Origin: a virus
Strand: one strand, 5' to 3'
Virus record (IMG/VR): IMGVR_UViG_3300005288_000005
Span: 1 to 49,629 of that record
Length of the DNA: 49,629 nucleotides
The notes beneath the pieces were generated by a model, which was not told the DNA's origin, searched no databases, and worked only from the letters and a program-made list of their open reading frames with translations. Positions 49,575-49,629 of the stretch are shown here, in pieces (the first letter of the stretch is position 1; each line of letters opens with the position of its first letter). Both the position numbers and the translations under genes were made by a program.

Positions 49575-49629
49575 TGGCTAACGTTATCTGGCGTGGTCCT
49601 GTGCATTTGGCACAGCCTGATTCGCGCAC
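49520..49629. repeat. Terminal overlap copy 2 (identical to 1..110)
   Basis: Verbatim repeat of the window start. Confidence 0.95.

Noticed and set aside
1-49629. Temperate lifestyle markers, diversity-generating retroelement or retron
   Set aside because: I recognised no integrase, excisionase, CI-type repressor or reverse transcriptase in any frame. Absence of evidence by eye only.

Overview
The window is one complete tailed dsDNA phage genome closed on itself. The first 110 nt recur verbatim at 49520..49629, giving a unit length of 49,519 bp. The virion module is siphovirus-type: tube protein with an Ig-like tail, chaperone, 835-aa tape measure, DUF1833-like, NlpC/P60-like and J-like tip proteins, a fibre and a beta-helix tailspike, with no sheath. 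Rz/Rz1-type spanins with a lipobox indicate a Gram-negative host. Main modules, with coordinates:
- Head: 48249..1499, running across the junction.
- Connector and tail: 3619..16904.
- Leftward operon of small genes: 16937..19307.
- Endolysin and spanins: 19410..20345.
- Long leftward early operon: 27023 down to 20284. It carries unknown early genes, a RecE-like exonuclease, SSB and a ParB / GNAT / PAPS-reductase (IbrB/IbrA-like) cassette with two HTH proteins.
- Divergent early control region: 27024..27261.
- Rightward early and middle genes: 27262..39338. These include a Cro-like HTH, a PD-(D/E)XK nuclease, a replication organiser, DnaB, RusA, about 30 small unknown ORFs and an HTH-metallophosphoesterase.
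- Untranslated, terminator-bounded region: 39375..39770.
- Holin, TerS and TerL: 40107..42604.
- Strand-mosaic packaging/head region: MuF-like and portal genes lie on the minus strand, interleaved with plus-strand accessory genes.
I saw no integrase, CI-type repressor, DNA polymerase, primase, reverse transcriptase, tRNA or CRISPR array. The genome is divided into many short transcription units by intrinsic terminators and sigma70-like or extended -10 promoters. All family assignments come from motifs and gene order read by eye. Nothing was searched against a database.
The best candidates for something new are:
1. The ParB / 135-aa unknown / GNAT / PP-loop cassette.
2. The promoter-to-terminator untranslated unit and terminator cascade ahead of the packaging genes.
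3. A 14-bp palindrome (GTTCTCCGGAGAAC) recurring at gene 3' ends.
4. The HTH-metallophosphoesterase fusion.
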